From positions 32,798,001-32,862,000 of the forward strand of contig OX597839.1 of the NCBI GenBank assembly GCA_951406725.2: a DNA stretch of 64,000 bases. Reading direction: 5' to 3'. The position numbers and the translations under genes were made by a program. This DNA is from Octopus vulgaris (Eukaryota). Shown piece by piece: positions 25,920-40,499 of the stretch; positions within the stretch are counted from its first letter, which is position 1; the number at the start of each line of letters is the position of its first letter. Under the pieces are notes generated by a model. It did no database searches and was not told where the DNA came from. It saw only the letters and a list, made by a program, of their open reading frames with translations.

Positions 25920-27794
25920 AAATTGACAGTATACAACCATTCTATCGCCCCACCACCGTACATATCTCTATGAGATATTTAGAAATTTAATATTTCTGAA
26001 TTTATTTTCTACATTAATTGAAAAAAAAAGTCAGTATATTTCAACAGAAATACAATAACAGAAGAGTTAACGTGGTCTAAACTAAAATCTTCCAAAATCT
26101 CATGGTAACTTTATATTCCAAATAGCTTCATCACAAAGTTCATCATCATCGTTTAACCTCCGCTTTCCATCCTGGCATGGGTTGGACGATTTGACTGAGG
26201 ACAGGCGATCTAGAAGGCTGCACCAGGCTCCAGTCTGATCTGGCAGAGTTTCTACAGCTGGATGCCCTTCCTAACGCCAACCACTCTGAGAATGTAGTGG
26301 GTGCTTTTACATGCCACCGGCACGAGGGCCAGTCATGTGGTACCCTTCGTTATTTTCAAAATTAATTGAGACAAAGTCAGAGTATATCAACAGAAATATG
26401 GTAACAAAAGTTTTATTAAAAAGAATCCAAATTAAAACCTTCCACCAAAATTCCATTTTACGTTCCAAACACCAGCTTCAGAATGGCAAAAGTTATTTGA
26501 AACAGGTTTTGTATTTCAGTAAAACAGTAGTTTTCAACCAGGGTTCCACCAGTACAATCCAGGGGTTCCGCAAGAAGTTACAAAACTGCTAAAATCGGCA
26601 GAAATTTTAAAGTCTCCTGTGCAGATATGTGTGCATAAGACAAATTATTGCACAGGGGTTCCTCGAGCCAGTGGAATGTTTCCTTGGTGTTCCGCTCCAG
26701 CAAAAAGGTTGAAAAGCACTGCTCCACAGACACATGCTTCCTTCCTCCTGGCTGTATCACAGGTAAGTCTTTGTGGTTAAGAAGTTCTCTTGCAGCCCTG
26801 AAAGTTTGGTTTTATTCCGCTGTACAATAACTTGGCTGTCATCATCCATAGCCTCAGCTTGACCAGTGGCTTCAAAGTGAAATTTGCTACACAAAAACTT
26901 GTAATCTTGCATGTGTTTGTTTATGTATATTCACACACACACACACACGCACATATATATATATAAGAAAGAAAAGGCATAAATAATGGGCTTTAGGTAT
27001 TTCTTCATTTGCGCATTGTAGACTTGCAGCCGTTTCTGATATATATTTCTTTACTACCCACAAGGGGCTAAACACAGAGGGAACAAACAAGGACAGACAA
27101 AAGGATTAAGCCGATTACATCGACCCCAGTGCATAACTGGTATTTAATTTATCGACCCCGAAAGGATGAAAGGCAAAGTCGACCTCGGCGGAATTTGAAC
27201 TCACAACATAACTGCAGACGAAATACGGCTACGCTAACGGTTTTGCCACCATGCCACCATATTGACCGGTATCTGATAACAATACTACCACCAAGTGCAG
27301 CAGTTAACCATTATACTTATTTCTTTATTGTCCACAAGGGGCTAAACACAGAGGGGACAAACAAGGACAGACATAGGTATTAAGTCGATTACATCGACCC
27401 CAGTGCGTAACTGGTACTTGATTTATCGACCCTGAAAGGCAAAGTCGACCTCAGCGGAATTTGAACTCACAACATAACGGCAGCCGAAATACCGCTAAGC
27501 ATTTCGCCCGACGTGCTAACGTTTCTGCCAGCCCACCGCCTTAGCCATTATGCTGCAAGCAAACTAGATTAGGATAATCTATGTGAAGATCTAAACTTAA
27601 CAATGGCAATTATACATCCATCTGTACACACAAGATAATCTGTGTGTGTGTGTGCATACAACACCAATGTTCTGTAACCTCTTATAATCTTTGAATAGGA
27701 TCTTTTCATATTCCAAAGGTCACCAGACTCCCTTACTGGGTGGTTCTGTGTCCCTGTCCACTGCACAATATTTGTATCATTTATATTAATGTAC

Positions 27795-28178
27795 GGGAGT
27801 GGCTGTGTGGTAAGTAGCTTGCTAACCAACCACATGGTTCCGGGTTCAGTCCCACTGCGTGGCATCTTGGGCAAGTGTCTTCTGCTATAGCCCCGGGCCG
27901 ACCAATGCCTTATGAGTGGATTTGGTAGACGGAAACTGAAAGAAGCCTGTCGTATATATGTATATACATATATATATGTGTGTGTGTGTTTGTACCCCTA
28001 GCATTGCTTGACAACCGATGCTGGTGTGTTTATGTCTCCGTCACTTAGCGGTTCGGCAAAAGAGACCGATAGAATAAGTACTGGGCTTACAAAGAATAAG
28101 TCCCGGGGTCGATTTGCTCGACTAAAGGCGGTGCTCCAGCATGGCCGCAGTCAAATGACTGAAACAAGTAAAAGAGTA
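27795..28178 (+). mobile_element. SINE family A copy
   Basis: Full head to tail. Confidence 0.85.
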
Positions 28179-29715
28179 CAGGAAATTTTTTTGGGGGGTA
28201 GGGTTGTATATGTGGCCTTGTGATTAGGCTGATGATCGCTAGATCGTGGGTTCAATTCCCAGACCGGGCGGTGCATTGTGTTCTTGAGCAAAATGCTCTA
28301 GTTTCCCTTTCGATCAGGGGTGGAATGTTGCCCTGCTCGCCCGGCCACCCGGGTGGCGTCATTCGAAGGCTAAAACGATGCAAAGTACATTGTGACAGGA
28401 GTTTTATGTCTAAAATTGCAGGATTAAATTAAAACTCAAGTGATTGTCACTGTGAGTGTAGCATTACAATTTAACGAAACCGTCGTTAATTAATTAATTA
28501 ATTAATTATGAAAGATTGAGGAAGGTGATTAGTTGTATTAATGTCACATAGGCTCCTGTGAGTTCAGTTGGTAACGTTTAAATATCTATTAAACATGAGA
28601 GATTCTTTTTACTTTCCTCACAAGTTTCAGGCGCTGGTCTGTGGCCATACTGGAGCACAACCTTTGAATTTTTATTTATTTGTTTTATTACTATCAACAG
28701 TTTTAAGAACGTTGGCAAGTTAAGGGAATAAGTTTACAAGAGTTACGTCCCTTTAGAATTACCCTCGTGCAACGCAAACACACGAACTCTCTCTCTCACA
28801 CATTTAGGAATATGGAAGACAACTTTAGCATAAAAGAAAGAATTCTATTTTATGTTTTTTTTTTGCCCTTACAACTTTTCTGCTGTGCTGTATTAAATTC
28901 ATTTAGAGTATCGAATGATACAAGACAAACCCGCAGCCCCCTTTTATAGTCTATGCATTACTCTTTTACTTGTTTCAGTCATTTGACTGCGGCCATGCTG
29001 GAGCACCGCCTTTAGTCGAGCAACTCGACCCCGGGACTTATTCTTTTGTAAGCCCAGTACTTATTCTATCGGTCTCTTTTGCTTAATGTAGAATAACATT
29101 GTAGGGTAGGTGTGAGGGCCTGGATCTGGTCAGTTTGAACATAAAACAGGTTAAATATTTTGGCCGGATGTGGCTGGTTTAAATACTAAAGGGTTAAATG
29201 TAAGATCCAGGGGTCAAAGTGTAGGGAGTTAGTAAGCTTCAAGCAGTCTGTAGAAGGTATAAAAAAAAAACATCTTTCGGGAACAATAGTGGTTTGTTGA
29301 TGGAGAAGGTTGTAAATTTTCCCCGTATCAAAGTTTGGTAAGCTAAAAAAAAAGTTGTTTTATAGTTTACTGGAAGTAATGACCGAGACCTTTGGTATTA
29401 TGTCATGTTTGAGAAGAAGAAGACCCATCAAGCTGAGCAAAATTGCAGTCATGGCAGATACCAGTGTCATGCAAATTGGTACCTGTGCCAGTGGCATCTA
29501 AATGCACCCCAGTGTCACGCAAATGGCACATGTGCCGGTGGCATGTAAAAAGCACCCATTACACTCTTGGAGTCGTTGGTGTTAGGAAGGGCATCCAGCC
29601 ATAGAAAACCATTCCAAATCAGACTGGAGCCTGGTGCAGCTTACCAGCCCCGGTCAAACCATCCAACCCATGCCAGCATGGACAATGGATGTTAAATGAT
29701 GATGATGATGATATA

Positions 29716-29932
29716 TATGAGGGGGTGCTGAAAAGTTCCTGGCTTTGGGTAAAACAAAATACAGGAGAACCAGTTAATTATGATTTTATTCAACATATTC
29801 CCATCTCAGATTCACACATTACAGCGGTCCTTAAGTTTTTCTAAGCCCTGTGAAAAAACCTGGAAGGTTGGGCCTTCAACCAGACCTTTCACAATGCCCT
29901 TAAAGGCCAGAACTTTTCAACACTCCCATACA
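29716..29932. mobile_element. mariner-type MITE
   Basis: TIRs GAGGGGGTGCTGAAAAGTTCCTGGCTTT / AAGGCCAGAACTTTTCAACACTCCC in TA context; related copy ~44720-45010. Confidence 0.65.
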
Positions 29933-30990
29933 TATATATATATTGTTGGCATCCTTTTTGTCTCGGGAGACAATGGGGTTGCGCATAAAGTAGTCTAGTC
30001 CGGCTTTTACATTTCATGTCCTGATACATTCACGTGACCGACCAGTCCATCAGATGTAGTTACACATCGCTGGTCACAATGCATTGGCAGTTTTAGCCTT
30101 CGAATGACGCCACCCCGCTGGCTAAGCGAGCAGGCCAACAGAAGAAAGAGTGGTGAAAGAGTACAGCAGGGATCACCACCCCCTGCCGGAGCGTCGTGGA
30201 GCTTTTAGGTGTTTTCGCTCAATAAACACTCACAACGCCCGGTCTGGGAATCGAAACCGCGAGTCCGCTGCCCTAACCACTGGGCCATTGCGCCTCCACA
30301 TATATATATATATGTATATATATGAATGTGATTTCTTTGAGTCTCTAGCAAATTCTCTCAAAAGAAGATATTTGTCCAAGGTACCATGCCAGGGGACTGA
30401 ACCCAAAATTATATGGTTGGGAGGTAAATTTCTTAACCACAAAGCCATGCCATGTTAGTATGTATATACAGACATATACACACTCGTGCACTATATACAC
30501 TTGATAGATTTCTGTCTATTGAAGTTTGGTTTATATGGCATTAGTCAACACATTGCTACAGTAGGGGACATCTTACTCAGCATACTGTTTGCTGGGATTG
30601 AAACCGGAAGCACACAGCTGCAAAGTGGGCTTCTAAATCACACAGCCACGCCTGGTTAGTATAAATACACCAATACTGTAACAGCCATCTGTGTATCGCA
30701 CTTTATGTATGTACACTGTTAGTAGGCCAGAGTGCAGCAGTTTTTCTCCTGAGATAACATCTCTTAAGGATTAGCTGTATTAAAAACACAATAAATACCA
30801 GCGGGAGATGAAAATTTGCCCCCAGCAGAGGCCAGCAATGGTGCCAGATGCATTTTGGCCTTCTTGGGACTTTTAAGTGGCGGACACATCCAGCTAACCA
30901 CATACTCGGACAAGTATTCATCGTGTCTAATGTTTGTTTACATCTAACGGAAAGAAAAACAATATAGAACAGTTATTTATAGAGAAAAAA

Positions 30991-31156
30991 AGGAGTGGCT
31001 GTGTGGTAAGTAGCTTGCTAACCAACCACATGGTTCCGGGTTCAGTCCCACTGCGTGGCATCTTGGGCAAGTGTCTTCTGCTATAGCCCCGGGCCGACCA
31101 ATGCCTTGTGAGTGGATTTGGTAGACGGAAACTGAAAGAAGCCTGTCGTATATATG

Positions 31157-31189
<33 letters not shown>

Positions 31190-31395
31190 CTGTGTTTGTC
31201 CCCCTTGCATTGCTTGACAACCGATGCTGGTGTGTTTACGTCCCCGTCACTTAGCGGTTCGGCAAAAAGAGACCGATAGAATAAGTACAGGGCTTACAAA
31301 AGAATAAGTCCCGGGGTCGATTTGCTCGACTAAAAGGCGGTGCTCCAGCATGGCCGCAGTCAAATGACTGAAACAAGTAAAAAGAGAAAAAGAGA
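30991..31395 (+). mobile_element. SINE family A copy
   Basis: Full head to tail. Confidence 0.85.
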
Positions 31396-32856
31396 ATACT
31401 GATGTGAAAATACATAAATAAAATAAAAAGTGGATAGACCCATAGAACCTTTTAGCAGCCACCTAGGATTTGAACTTCTCTGGATGATAAGTATTTATCT
31501 TTTTAAGAAAGCATGGAGGCTCAAAGCAGATTTTGCTGTTATTTCTTGTAGGTTGAGTCAACTGGTATAGGGGCCTTGGTTAGCTTGACCCTTGCTTATT
31601 TAATCCAGCCCAAATATTCTCCTTGTTTTATGTTTGAACTGACCAGATCCAACTTCTTACACTTCCCCTACAATGTCATTCTAAAAGTAAATAATCGCAT
31701 CATTGAAATCTCAAAGCTACAAGGTGACACATGGTGGATTCAAAACAGGGTGAGTAAATAAGGGTTACGTTTGACAGGGAAGTAAACTGAATGCCAAAGG
31801 ATTGGCCTCGCGGAGGCAAAGTGGCTGAGTTCCTTTCGAGTGTTGGGCTTCACAGAGGCAATGAGGGAGACCTTTGGCATTATGTCGTGCTTGAGAAGAA
31901 GACCCATCAAGCTGAGCAAAATTGCAGTTGTGGCAGGTACTGGTGTCACTCAAATGGTACCTGTGCCAGTGGCACGTAAAAGCACCCTGGTTTCACACAA
32001 AATGGCACCCATGCTGGTGGCACGTAAAAGCACCCTGGTATCATGCAAGTGGCACCTGTGTCGGTGGCATGTAAAAGTACCCAATACACTCTCAGAGTGG
32101 TTGGCATTAAGAAGGGCATCCAGCAGTAGAAACCCATGCCAAATCAGACTGGAAGCTGGTGCAGCCTTCCAGCATGCCAAGTCCAGTCAAACCGTCCAAC
32201 CTATGCCAGCATGGACAATAGACACTAAATGATGATGATAATGTGTCCATTTAGCTTTGTCCAGGGTCTAATTCTACCTATTTTATGTTCAAACCAGCCA
32301 GATTTGGCCTCTTGCACCTTCCCCACAATGTCACTCTAGAAATAGACAGTCTTGAAACAATGAGATTAATTCCAGACAATGGCAAAAAAATAAGGAATGC
32401 ATTTCACCGAGAACCTTCATTGTTTTTGAGATTTGGTGACGGGATTCTTGCTTCAAAAACTCTCCGTTGAAAACAGATTTGACTGACTTGAGGTTCAGAT
32501 ACATTTTTTTAAAAATAAATGTATCCATGGCAACTGGATATGGCCTTTTTAAATGGTAACATTTTAAAGGATATCTTGTGTGTGTTGAAGAAAATACATC
32601 TTACGTTTTATTTGAAACAGTGGTCATGCTGGGGCACTGCTTCGAAGGGTTCAGCTCTAGTACTTTTTTTAAAGCCTGGTACGTCTTCTATCAGTCTCTT
32701 TCATTATACTGCCAAATTACAGGGACATAAACAAACCAACACAGTCGTTAAGCAGTCTTCTATTATAGCCTTGGGCCGACCAAAGCCTTGCAAGTGGATT
32801 TGGTGGACGGAAACTGAAAGAAGCCCCTCGTATATATATATATATGTATGTATGTA

Positions 32857-32897
<41 letters not shown>

Positions 32898-32904
32898 ATA
32901 TATA

Positions 32905-32938
<34 letters not shown>

Positions 32939-33003
32939 GGTTTATATATATATACATATATATAAGTATACACACACACACACACATATATATATAGACA
33001 CAT

Positions 33004-33046
<43 letters not shown>

Positions 33047-33047
33047 T

Positions 33048-33081
<34 letters not shown>

Positions 33082-34760
33082 TAAATTAGAGATAAAACCA
33101 CTATTAGGCAAATCAAACAGTGAAAAACATAAACCAAAACATAGAAATAAAATTAATTAATATAATATACACAATATATGAAATATAAAATTCACAATTT
33201 AAATTATTTAAATTTAAAGTTAAAATTAAAAATTTTTTTTTTAATTATTAATTTATACTTGACAACCGATGCTGGTGTGTTTACGTCCCCGTAACTTAGC
33301 GGTTTGGCAAAAGAGACCGATAGAATAAGTACTAGGCTTACAAAGAATAAGTCCTGGGGGTCGACTTGCTCGACTACAAGGCGATGCTCCAGCATGGCCG
33401 CAGTCAAATGACCGAAACAAAAGAGTAAAAGAATATATATATACAAGGCGCACACACGCACACAGAGATGCGTGTGTGTCGTTGGCAGCTATCGGTGTAA
33501 GGGAGATAATCACTACAAGACAACTCTTGAACCAGCGAGAGACGAGGCTGGAGTCTGGATTTGATAGAAAAGAAGGAGAGACACGGACGACCTTTGACCT
33601 CTTTCAGCTATTTGACCGTGGCCATGCTGGGGCATCGCCTCGAAGAATTTTGGTCGAACGAATCGATCCCAGAATCTCATTTTTTTTTTCATTTAAGGGC
33701 TGGTATTTATTATTACACTGGACAATCTTATTTCTTTACTACCCACAAGGGGCTAAACACAGAGGGGACAAACAAGGACAGACGAAGGGATTAAGTCGAT
33801 TACATCGACTCAGTGCGTAACTGGTACTTTATTTATCGACCCCGAAAGGATGAAAGGTAAAGTCGACCTCGGCGGAATTTGAACTCACAACGTAACGGCA
33901 GATGAAATACCTATTTCTTTACTACCCACAGGGGGCTAAACATAGAGGGGACAAACAAGGACAGACATAGGTATTAAGTCGATTAGATCGACCCCAGTGC
34001 ATAACTGGTACTTAATTTATCGACCCCGAAAGGATGAAAGGCAGAATTTGAACTCACAACGTAAGGGCAGACGAAATACCGCTAAGCATTTCGCCCGGCG
34101 TGCTTACCATTTCTGCCAGCTCCTTTCCGCCTTAATAAAAATAATGAATTTTTTCTTCTACGGAAGGAAGAGCAAGCCTTCTTCTATCAAACTCTCAATT
34201 TTGGTCAACTTGCACCACAGGGTCTCGGAGAAGATGGTGTTAGTTGAGGGCTACCAAACCCGCCATACAGAGATGTCTTAGAGAGAAGCAGTTACAAAGG
34301 AAACAAACCACTGGGATCAGGTTGTGAAGGTCATGGAGGGAGAGTCATAGCACAATTGATCCACAACAGGTAGGTGAGATGCAGTTTTAGCATTAATTGT
34401 TTCTGATAATCCAGTCCAGTGGTGGTGGTGGTCCCCTTGTGCAGGTCCTGTGCTTGCGAACCTTATCCGGCAGGGGACCTGCACCGCTCCGCCCCCCGCT
34501 GCCACTAAGTAGATTAATGGAACTTTGGTTATCACGATTAGGGATTAATAAATACTCGGGTGGTTTCTCGTTGCCTTCTGTAGGCAGGTGGGATTCGAAC
34601 TCGGAATGTAGAGAGAGAGGGAAGATATTTGTGGCAACGCGCCAGTTGGTCTGTCTCTCTCTCCTACCTGCAAAAGCAATTTCAAATGCACTGCCTGGCC
34701 TGGCAATTGAACCTAGGATCTAGGGATTTACAAGGACCACAACACCCTTAACCTCCAGGC

Positions 34761-34849
34761 CAGCGTTTTCCAAACTTTTCTTGCCATGACCCATTTTATT
34801 TATCACGTGACCCACTGAGGGGTCAGGACCCACACTTTGAAAAACGCTG
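34761..34849. mobile_element. hAT-type MITE (89 bp)
   Basis: TIRs CAGCGTTTTCCAAA / TTTGAAAAACGCTG; 8-bp TSD CTCCAGGC / CTCTAGGC. Confidence 0.75.
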
Positions 34850-35804
34850 CTCTAGGCCACACCACCCTCCCCCATCAATATATATTCTTTTACTTGTTTC
34901 AGTCATTTGGCCGCGGCCACGCTGGAGCACCACCTTTAGTTGAACAAATCGACCCCAGGGCTTATTCTTTATAAGCCTAGTACTTAGTCTATCCGTGTCT
35001 TTTGCCGAACTGCTAAGCTACAGGGGACGTAAACACACCAGCATCGGTTGTCAAGCAATGGCAAGGGACAAACACAGATACACAAACATACACACATACA
35101 TATATATATATATATGTATATATATACGACGGGCTTCTTTCAGTTTCCGTTTACCAAATCCACTCCCAAGGCTTTGGTCGGCCCGAGGCTTATAGTAGAA
35201 GACACTTGCCCAGGGTGCCACACAGTGGGACTGAACCTAGAACCATGTGGTTGGGAAGCAAGCTTCTTACCACACAGCCATGAGCAGGCATGGCTGTGGG
35301 TGAGTGGTTTTGGGTTCAATCCCACAGCATGGCACCGTGGACATCTTCGCCCTCGGCTGGCAAATAAAATGCCTTATGCGTGGATTTGGTAGGAGAAAAC
35401 TGTGTGGAATCCCATATGTGTACATATATGTATGTATGTACAAATGTGTGTGTCATTGTCTGTTGTTACCTACTGCCAACATTCAATAGAGCAGTGCTGG
35501 TTTGTTTACGTCCCTTTAACTTAGCAGTTAGGCAAAAGAGACTGACAGAATAAGTTAACCAGATTTGAAAAATAAGTCGATTTGTTCGCCTAAACCATAG
35601 GTTCTCAAAGTGGGCGCTGCAGCCCCTCAGGAGGGCACTGATGTCTAAGGGGGTGGTGCATGTGTTGTTGGGGTTAGAGAAAAAAAGGGGACAGTTGATT
35701 GGGGAACGCTATGAATTTATGATATCATTATTGTTATTGTATATAAAATTATATAATATTTAAATATCAATTGATTCATAATATAATATAAACTAGTAAC
35801 ATAT

Positions 35805-36213
35805 AGGCGTAGGAGTGGCTGTGTGGTAAGTAGCTTGTTTACCAACCACATGGTTCCGAGTTCAGTCCCACTGCGTGGCATCTTGGGCAAGTGTCTTCTA
35901 CTATAGCCCCGGGCCGAGCAAAGCCTTGTGAGTGGATTTGGTAGACGGAAACTGAAAGAAGCCTGTCGTATATATGTGTATATATATGTATATATGTATG
36001 TGTGTTTGTGTGTCTGTGTTTGTCCCCCTAGCATTGCTTGACAACCGATGCTGGTGTGTTTACGTCCCCGTCACTTAGCGGTTCGGCAAAAGTGACCGAT
36101 AAAATAAGTACTGGGCTTACAAAAAGAATAAGTCCCGCGGGGTCGATTTGCTCGACTAAAGGCGGTGCTCCAGCATGGCCGCAGTCAAATGACTAAAAAC
36201 AAAGTAAAAGAGT
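35805..36213 (+). mobile_element. SINE family A copy nested in a hAT-like MITE relic (~35597-36317)
   Basis: SINE motifs; outer ends CATAGGTTCTCAAAG / CTTGAGGACCTCTG. Confidence 0.75.
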
Positions 36214-36414
36214 ATATAAAAAAATATTTATTAACCCCTAAAAAATAGGAGTGGGGTCGCTGAGGGTGTTATGTGACCATGAGGTGGGGGTTGGCCCAAA
36301 AGCTTGAGGACCTCTGGTGCTCCAGCATGACCAAACAGTCCCAGTAAACTGAAGCATACATTCAAATAATCTATAATTATATGATTTATTTACGGATGTA
36401 ATTTGTATACAATA

Positions 36415-36464
<50 letters not shown>

Positions 36465-36870
36465 CGATATTATATAATATTATATTTATATGTTTATAAA
36501 TAATATATTATTATTATATATAATAAATAATGTATTTTCTTTCGTTCCTTCTTTCTTCCTCTCTTTCTTTCTTTTTAAAGTCCTTTTTTTTTTTTTCGAA
36601 TTGCTCCGGCTTTCTTTTCCGCGAGAGTTTTTCTTCCGGGAACTGTTGTCGCTAACGTGTTACGAAAACAGGAAGGCGGCAGACGACAGAGAGGGAGAGA
36701 GAGAGAGAAAAGGACAGTGAGAGAGAGAAAAGAACAGAGAGAGAGAGAGAGAGAGAGAAGGACAGAGAGCGAGAGAAGGACAGAGAGAGAGAAAAGGACA
36801 GAGAGAGAGAAAATAATAGAGAGAGAAAGAAAGGACAGAGAGGGAAAGAGATAGATAGAGAGAAAAGGAC

Positions 36871-36903
<33 letters not shown>

Positions 36904-38179
36904 AGGACACAGAAAGGAAAGAGTAAAGGACAAAGGGAGAGAAATAGAGAGCAAAAGGGAGATAAGGACAGAGAGAGAGAGATAGAGAGCAAAAGGGAGA
37001 TAAGGACAGAGAGAGAGAGAGAGCAAGAGGAAGATGAGGACAGAGAGCAAGAGGTAGAGAAGGACAGAGAAAGCGCGAAAGGACAGAAAGAGAGTGAGAG
37101 CGAGAGAAAGACAAAGAGAGAGCGAGGGAGAAAGACAGAGAGAGACAAAGTGAGAGAAAGGTCAAAGCATTGCAGTAGTCGCAGCAGCAACAGCAGCAGC
37201 AGCAGCACAAACCTGGACAATAAACCAAAGCAACAGCGCAGCAGCAGCAGCAAAACAGTTTGTCTGACATTGCTCTCCCCCTCTCTCTCCCTCTTTCCCT
37301 CTCTCTCCCTCTTTCCTTCTCTCTCCATCTTTCCCTCTCTCTCGCTCTTTCCTTCTCTCTCCCGCTTTCCCTCTCTCCATCACAAGTAGCAACAGCAGGA
37401 ATAGTAGTAGTAGGAGAAGGCGGAGGAGCTGCAGCAGCTGTAGTAAAGCAGTAGAGAAACAGTAGTAAATCAATAGTAAACAGAAAGAAAGCGGGACGAA
37501 CGAGGCTTTTTTTCCCTCCAAATTCCCGGGTGGCTGCCTTCTTGCAGGGGTAAAAGACTTGTATTAGACGAACAACAGGGTTTCAATATATATTCGGACG
37601 GGGTGGTCACGATTAGGTTTTGCTTGGATCGACGACGACGGTGGCTCGAAACTGGTTATTCCGTTTGCTAAAAATAGCAGCCAAATGGCTTGTAGTGGGT
37701 GATGTACTCCTAGATATGCAATGCACATACCCCCAATACTTTCGATATCATCATCACCATCGTCATCCTCATCATTATCATCATCATCCTCGTCACGGAA
37801 ACTGAAAGAAGCCCGTCTTATATATGTATATTTGTGTTTGTTCCCACAACATCGCTTGACAACCGATGCTGGTGTGTTTACGTCCCCGTAACCTAGCGGT
37901 TCAGCAAAAGACACCGATAGAATAAGTACAAGGCTTACAAAAAAATAAGCCCTGGGGTCGATTTGTTCGACAAAAGGCGGTGCTCCAGCATGGCCGCAGT
38001 CAAATGAACTGAAACAAGTAAAAGGATAAAAAAACAAAACGACGGGATGGTCATATCTGGTATGTTTTTGTTTACAGTCGCAGGCTTGGGTTGTGTTTAA
38101 GTTGCCTGCTTCGTAACCAGCTGGCTTCGAGTTCGATCTCACTCCGCAGTATATAGCGCCCTTAAGGTGTGTAGATACG

Positions 38180-39308
38180 CATACACACACATCTATACAT
38201 ACATACATACACACATTCATACATACATACACACACATTCATACATACACACACCCATACATACATATACATACATACATACACACACATTCATACATAC
38301 ACACATATATATACACACATACATGCATACATACCTTCATACATACACACATACATACACACATACATACATACACATACATACATACATACATACCTTC
38401 ATACATACATACATGCATACATACATACATACACACATACATACGTACGTCCATACCTTCATACATACATACATACACATACAAACATACATACACACAT
38501 ACATACATACATGCATACATACATACACACATACACACATACATACATACATACACACATACATACATACATACATACACACATACATACATACATACAT
38601 ACACACATACATACATACATACATACATACATACATACATACATACATACATACCTACATACATACATACATACACACATACATACATACATACACACAT
38701 ACATACATATATACATACATACACACATACATACATACATACATACACACACACATACATACATACATACACACATACATATATACATACACACATACAT
38801 ACACACATACATACATACATACATACATACATACATACATACACACATACATACATACATACACACATACATACATATATACATACATACACACATACAT
38901 ACATACATACACACATACATATATACATACACACATACATACATACATACATACACACATACATATATACATACACACATACATACACACATACATACAC
39001 ACATACATACATACATACATACATACACACATACATACATACATACACACATACATACATATATACATACATACACACATACATACATACATACATACAC
39101 ACACACATACATACATACATACACACATACATATATACATACACACATACATACATACATACATACATACATACATACATACACGCATACATACATACAT
39201 ACATACATGCATACATACATACCTACATACATACATACATACACACATACATACATATATACATATATACATACATACATACATACATACACACATACAT
39301 ACATACAT
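38180..39308 (+). repeat. (TACA)n tetranucleotide array, ~1.1 kb
   Basis: Directly visible. Confidence 0.95.
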
Positions 39309-40462
39309 CATTCACAAAATCCGGGGTTTTTTTCAAAGAAATTTTATAGAAACACCTTTCAAACCGCAAACATTACAATTATAAAGAATAAAAGAGTATT
39401 GTAGTTCGCTTGAAGCATTGTATATTGTTTGTAAAGAATAAAATGCTTTGAATGACACAACAATGTGCTATTATACAAAGAACGGACTATAAGAACTGTT
39501 GTAAATTTAATCATCCAAAGTCTGATATGATATTTCGGGATATAAAAATTCTTTCTTCAGATATTGCTAGGAATTGATGGAGTCGCTGCTATAATCGGTT
39601 TTCCAACCGATTTTATAAAAAGAAATTTATGGGGGAAATCTTTTCCAAAAGGGTGAGGAGAGGACTTCGGAAAATTCACAAGATCCGAGCTTTTCCCTCG
39701 TAAATTTTAGGAAAATTGGGTTTTTGGGGGGGTTTTTTTTCAATGAAATTTTATAGAAATATTTTTCAAACGGTATACATTACGATTATAAAGAAATTTG
39801 GTCAATATAAAGATCCACACCCGGGAAAAAAAAAATTTAACCAACCTGGGTGGGTGTTAACAAGTGTGTGGAAAGTGTGTGGACTTTCGGAAAATTCACA
39901 AGATCCGATTTTTCCGTCATAAATTTGAGTAAAATGGATATATACTGATTTTTCTTTTTTTTTGCGGAATTCCACGTTTTTCGTTAAGGAGGATCTGATT
40001 CTGAAAAAAAAAATTTCAAAAATCGCATTTTCAAAATTTCATTATGTTCTCGCAGTTTTGTGAAAATTGGCTGTTATTTCTAGCATGTGGATAGCCTGCT
40101 TGAAGGCTTGAGAGTATTTATTGGATGACATTAGATCGAAAAATCAAAGAACTTTGAAAAGAATAATAAACGGATGCTGAGGTTATTAAAATTAGTGGTA
40201 ACGATGTCTGGGCAAAATAAACCATATTAGTATTGGTGAACAATATCTTTTACATACCTACTAAAATTACTGGATATATCGATCCCAGGATGTAGAAGCC
40301 CTAAGTTGCAAAACAGTTTTGAGATGTCATCTAGTGTTCCCACTTTCCTTTAGCAATTTTTCGCGCCGAAATTTTTCGCGGGGAACAAATTACTCTTCGA
40401 TTTCGTGTGGAGAGAGAGAAGGAGAGGGAGGGAGGGAGTAAAGGTGTGTTTTGTCATTTATG

Positions 40463-40493
<31 letters not shown>

Positions 40494-40499
40494 TTGGCC

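Noticed and set aside
36575-37270. Cys-rich 231-aa ORF
   Set aside because: Derived from (CTG)n and (CT)n tracts
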